Under the pieces are notes generated by a model that had not been told where the DNA came from, did not search any database, and worked only from the letters and a program-made list of their open reading frames with translations. A stretch of DNA of 64,000 bases from contig JBMFRB010000007.1 of the NCBI GenBank assembly GCA_049968255.1, forward strand, positions 32,001 through 96,000, written 5' to 3'. Both the position numbers and the translations under genes were made by a program. This document shows positions 60,414-64,000 of this stretch, piece by piece. This DNA is from Candidatus Sumerlaeaceae bacterium. Its GTDB lineage: Bacteria; Sumerlaeota; Sumerlaeia; Sumerlaeales; Sumerlaeaceae. How positions within the stretch are numbered: the stretch's first letter is position 1; the number at the start of each line of letters is the position of its first letter.

Positions 60414-60713
60414 ATGTCCGCAAGACTTTCGGATCAGGTCATAGGTGAGAAGCTGCAGAATCTTCCGGCCTGGCGACGTGAAGGCGACGCAATTGTTCGC
60501 GATGTCACGTGCAGAGATTTTCGCCATGCCCTCGAAGTTGTGAATTGCGTAGGAGATTTGGCCGAACGCATGGATCATCACCCCGATCTTCTCATTCACC
60601 GTTGGAATCGTATGCGCATTGTGCTCTCGACTCACAGTGCGGGGGGATTGACGGAGAATGATTTCGCGCTCGCCCAGGAGATTGAGAGTCTTCTGCTGCA
60701 AATGGGAATTTAG
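60414..60713 (+). CDS. phhB: Pterin-4-alpha-carbinolamine dehydratase
   Basis: AGGAGG RBS; DHHPD, STHSAGGLTENDF. Confidence 0.93.
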   Translation: MSARLSDQVIGEKLQNLPAWRREGDAIVRDVTCRDFRHALEVVNCVGDLAERMDHHPDLLIHRWNRMRIVLSTHSAGGLTENDFALAQEIESLLLQMGI

Positions 60714-62892
<2,179 letters not shown>

Positions 62893-63082
62893 CGTCTTGC
62901 TGTGCTTAGCAATACCGTTGGCAACATTTCTAGTTCATTTCCAACACACGGCTCGAAATGGTTGCGAAAATTGTTTGACGCATTTTGGGGGGGTGAGAGA
63001 CTGACTTGTGACATCTGGCACGAATTGCGGATTTTTCCCCGCGATCGCGATGCCATTTCACAACATGAAGAGGAGTCAGGCC

Positions 63083-64000
63083 GTGACACGTCGCAACTAC
63101 ATCTTTGCACCGGGGCCGGTCAACGTCCCGCCACAAATTCTGGCCGCAACCGCCAAGCCCATCATTCACCATCGCTCAGCGGATTTTGATCCGCTGTTTG
63201 CCAAGGTTAGCGAAGGGCTGAAATATGTGTTCCAAACGAAAAATCCAGTGGTGATCTTCGCGTCTTCGGGCACGGGCGCAATGGAAGCCGCTATTGTGAG
63301 CAGTGCTAGCCCCGGGGATCGCGTGCTGAGCCTGGAAGCTGGCAAATTTGGCGAGCGCTGGGGCGAGATCGCTCAGGCCTATGGTCTTGCCGTAAACCGC
63401 AAACAGTGCGAGTGGGGCAAAGCTGTTGATCCGCAGATTGTTGCGGAGGAGTTGAAGCAGCATCCGGAAACAAAAGCGGTTTATATTGAATTATGTGAGA
63501 CGTCGACTGCGACCGTCGAGAACGTCAAAGCAGTCGCAGAAATCACGCGCACCACGGAAACACTTCTGATCGTGGATGCAGTGAGCGGGCTATGCGCCGA
63601 GGAGCTCCGTATGGACGAGTGGGGCATTGACCTGATCGGCGCCGGTTCGCAAAAAGCGTTGATGTTGCCGCCCGGCTTGGGTTTTGTGGCCGTGAGCGAG
63701 AAGGCACGCGAGGCGATTAAGAAGTCCACGACGCCCAAGTTCTATTTTTCGCTGGAGAAAGCGCTCAAGGAACTCGAAAAGAATACGACTCCATTCACAC
63801 CGGCTGTGTCCCTGATCTTCGGTCTCGAGGTTGCCCTCGATATGATTCGCGAGGAAGGGATCGAGAACGTCTGGAAGCGCCATGCGCGCCTGGCAGAGGC
63901 CGCTCGGCGCGCGGTGAAGGCGATGAATCTTAAGCTCTATTCGCAGAATCCGGCAAACACATGCACGGCAGTGATGGCACCCGAAGGAATCGAAGGCGGC
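63083..64000 (+). CDS. Class V PLP aminotransferase (serine-pyruvate/alanine-glyoxylate family), truncated by the window end
   Basis: Read directly from the sequence (absent from the ORF track): GAGGAG RBS then GTG; FAPGPV, HHRS, SSGTGAMEAA, ETSTA, VDAVSG, GSQKALMLPPGL; no stop seen before 64000. Confidence 0.9.
   Translation, partial: MTRRNYIFAPGPVNVPPQILAATAKPIIHHRSADFDPLFAKVSEGLKYVFQTKNPVVIFASSGTGAMEAAIVSSASPGDRVLSLEAGKFGERWGEIAQAYGLAVNRKQCEWGKAVDPQIVAEELKQHPETKAVYIELCETSTATVENVKAVAEITRTTETLLIVDAVSGLCAEELRMDEWGIDLIGAGSQKALMLPPGLGFVAVSEKAREAIKKSTTPKFYFSLEKALKELEKNTTPFTPAVSLIFGLEVALDMIREEGIENVWKRHARLAEAARRAVKAMNLKLYSQNPANTCTAVMAPEGIEGG

Overview
A gene-dense, moderately GC-rich chromosomal window from a diderm bacterium (LpxL, TolC). 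The gene style suggests a poorly characterised lineage such as Sumerlaeota/BRC1, but this is an impression only. Most of the window is housekeeping: ftsY, a complete Rrf2-sufBCDSU-sufT operon, rplM-rpsI, leuA under a Leu T-box riboswitch, aroC followed by an aroK-cmk fusion and plsC, an orphan pduL with an encapsulation-peptide-like N-terminus, comEC, a MacB/TolC/MFP/ATPase exporter, glgC, tatD, argH, a DUF1998 helicase, lpxL, a GldAFG-like ABC + DUF4340 cluster, gltA, PFOR + DHODH-like, phhB, bioD, a B12-dependent radical SAM and several glycosyltransferases/epimerases. The most unusual stretch is about 32.2-34.1 kb. There an HTH-WYL-WCX regulator is followed by a TGAC-N7-GTCA palindrome with PafBC-type promoter spacing, then a ~200-nt highly structured G-rich segment with no credible ORF, ending in a strong intrinsic terminator (candidate WYL-activated ncRNA). 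Directly after it lies a 164-bp inverted, ~87%-identical, stop-containing copy of part of the upstream MFP gene. No CRISPR array, tRNA, rRNA, transposase or reverse transcriptase was seen. All calls come from motif recognition and hand alignment; no database search was run.
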